64,000 nt of DNA from Acidimicrobiales bacterium (GTDB taxonomy: Bacteria > Actinomycetota > Acidimicrobiia > Acidimicrobiales > Aldehydirespiratoraceae): the NCBI GenBank assembly GCA_965214285.1, contig OZ243946.1, positions 2,017,207-2,081,206 on the forward strand, in the 5' to 3' direction. The notes under the pieces were generated by a model. That model did not search any database. It had not been told where the DNA came from and worked only from the letters and a program-made list of their open reading frames with translations. This document shows positions 62,790 to 64,000 of this stretch, one piece after another. Numbering within the stretch: position 1 is the stretch's first letter; each line of letters opens with the position of its first letter. The position numbers were made by a program, and so were the translations under genes.

Positions 62790-64000
62790 CGTTCTCCCCA
62801 GGCATCGGTGAGCGCTGAGGGCGGCTCTGAGGGCGGCGACGAGAGCGGCGGCGCCTACGAGGGCTTCGAGGGCCGCGTGGGGCGGGTCTTCTCCACCTCC
62901 GAGCCGGCCTGGCCGACCCCGCCCACGGCGCCGCCGGGCGCGCCCAACGTGGTCGTCATGCTCGCGGACGACCTGGGCTTCGCCGATCTCGGCTGCTACG
63001 GGTCCGAGATCGACACCCCCAGCCTCGACCGGCTCGCCGCCGAGGGCCTGCGCTTCACGAACTTCCACGTCAACCCGATGTGCTCGCCCACGAGGGCGTC
63101 GCTGCTGACCGGGCTCAACCACCACCTCGCCGGCATGGGCCACGTGGCCCACAGCGACCCGGGCTTCCCCGGCTACGCGCACGAGCTGCGCGACAACGCC
63201 GTCACCATGGCCGAGCTGTTCCGAGACGCCGGCTGGGCGTCGCTGATGGTCGGCAAGTGGCATCTCTGCAAGGACTCGGACCTGCACGAGGCCGCCTCGC
63301 GCCGGAGCTGGCCGCTGCAGAGCGGCTTCGACCGCTACTACGGGATCCTCGACGGCTTCACCAACTTCCACCAGCCGCACCGGCTCTATGAGGACAACCA
63401 CCACGTGGCCGTCGACCGCTACCCCGACGGCTACTACTTCACCGACGACCTCACCGACCGGGCCATCGCCATGATCGACGACCTGCGCTCCTCGCACCCG
63501 CGCAAGCCGTTCTTCTTGTACTTCGCCCACGGCGCGGTCCACGCCCCGCTGCAGGCCAAGGCAGCCGACATCGCCAAGTACGCGGGCGCCTATGCCGCCG
63601 GCTGGGACGCAGTGCGCGCCCGCCGCTACCAGCGCCAGCTCGATCTCGGCGTGATCGCGCCGCACACCGTGCTGCCGCCGCGCAACAGCGAGGAGCTCCA
63701 CGAGGTGCGGCCCTGGGACGACCTCAGCGGCATCGAACGCGAGACCTTCGCCCGCTACATGGAGATCTTCGCCGGCATGGTCGACAACGTCGACCAGAAC
63801 TTCGCCCGCCTGCGCGCCCATCTGGAGGCCCTCGGCGAGTGGGACAACACCATCGTGGTGTTCACCTCCGACAACGGCGGCTCCCGCGAGGGCCTGCACA
63901 ACGGCACCTCCGCCTACTTCCGCACGCTGCTCTCGCAGGTCCGCGCCACCGAGCTGGAGGACATCGCCGTCGACCACTCGCGCCTGGACCTGCTGGGCGG
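62775..64000 (+). CDS. Arylsulfatase (formylglycine-dependent, Cys type); the 3' end runs off the window
   Basis: The frame is open from the TAG at 62709 to the window end, which is why it is absent from the track. My translation reads ...PNVVVMLADDLGFADLGCYGSEIDTPSLDRLAAEGLRFTNFHVNPMCSPTRASLLTG..., which carries the CxPxR FGly motif, then GKWHL and VVFTSDNGG. The start is uncertain: ATG 62775 or GTG 62808. Confidence 0.9.
   Translation, partial: MAPSSRSPQASVSAEGGSEGGDESGGAYEGFEGRVGRVFSTSEPAWPTPPTAPPGAPNVVVMLADDLGFADLGCYGSEIDTPSLDRLAAEGLRFTNFHVNPMCSPTRASLLTGLNHHLAGMGHVAHSDPGFPGYAHELRDNAVTMAELFRDAGWASLMVGKWHLCKDSDLHEAASRRSWPLQSGFDRYYGILDGFTNFHQPHRLYEDNHHVAVDRYPDGYYFTDDLTDRAIAMIDDLRSSHPRKPFFLYFAHGAVHAPLQAKAADIAKYAGAYAAGWDAVRARRYQRQLDLGVIAPHTVLPPRNSEELHEVRPWDDLSGIERETFARYMEIFAGMVDNVDQNFARLRAHLEALGEWDNTIVVFTSDNGGSREGLHNGTSAYFRTLLSQVRATELEDIAVDHSRLDLLG

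Overview
High-GC (about 70%) chromosomal window, almost certainly from an actinobacterium. Supporting markers are a mycothiol-synthase-like GNAT, a Bpa/PafE-type proteasome activator, and the ftsZ-pgeF-yggS-sepF-yggT-divIVA gene order. I cannot place it more precisely from sequence alone.

Gene layout:
- 1-3.9 kb: MoxR / DUF58 / transglutaminase triad on the minus strand.
- 4-6.5 kb: ROK kinase, a small ORF, an HNH protein and an LplA-like ligase.
- 6.9-25.4 kb: a complete, tightly overlapping dcw cluster: mraZ-rsmH-ftsL-ftsI-murE-mraY-murD-ftsW-murG-murC-murB-ftsQ-ftsZ-pgeF-yggS-sepF-yggT-divIVA. murF and ddl are absent from it.
- 25.5-33.9 kb: a lysine-rich/DksA-like fusion gene, rluD, an Rrf2 regulator, an alkaline-phosphatase-superfamily protein, bpa and dnaE.
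- 34-39.2 kb: a hypothetical gene, a nitroreductase and hrpA.
- 39.2-51.4 kb: a nearly complete collinear purine operon (purL with two fused PurS modules, then purQ, purC, purE, purK, purF, purD, purM, purN) that runs directly into menA.
- 51.4-56.7 kb: a minus-strand block of menG, a small membrane protein, a short mshD-like gene, a P450, an EamA transporter, an XRE regulator and an acidic-tail protein.
- 57-64 kb: accessory-looking genes: a PRTase, a DsbA/FrnE-like gene, then dehydrogenase, kinase, BKACE, amidohydrolase and arylsulfatase.

I found no rRNA, tRNA, CRISPR array or mobile element.

Most interesting observations:
1. The DsbA/FrnE-family gene has an in-frame TGA exactly at the first Cys of its CPWC redox motif. 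A SECIS-like hairpin starts 13 nt downstream. It is either a candidate UxxC selenoprotein or a pseudogene.
2. purL carries two tandem PurS-like modules at its N-terminus.
3. A 508-aa protein fuses a roughly 385-aa AKKAP-repeat (histone H1-like) region to a DksA/TraR-like domain that has lost three of its four zinc-finger cysteines.
4. A 10-bp-phased array of GGAGT boxes overlaps a candidate promoter upstream of mraZ.

Many long ORFs in the supplied track are antisense or out-of-frame artefacts of the high GC content and were rejected.
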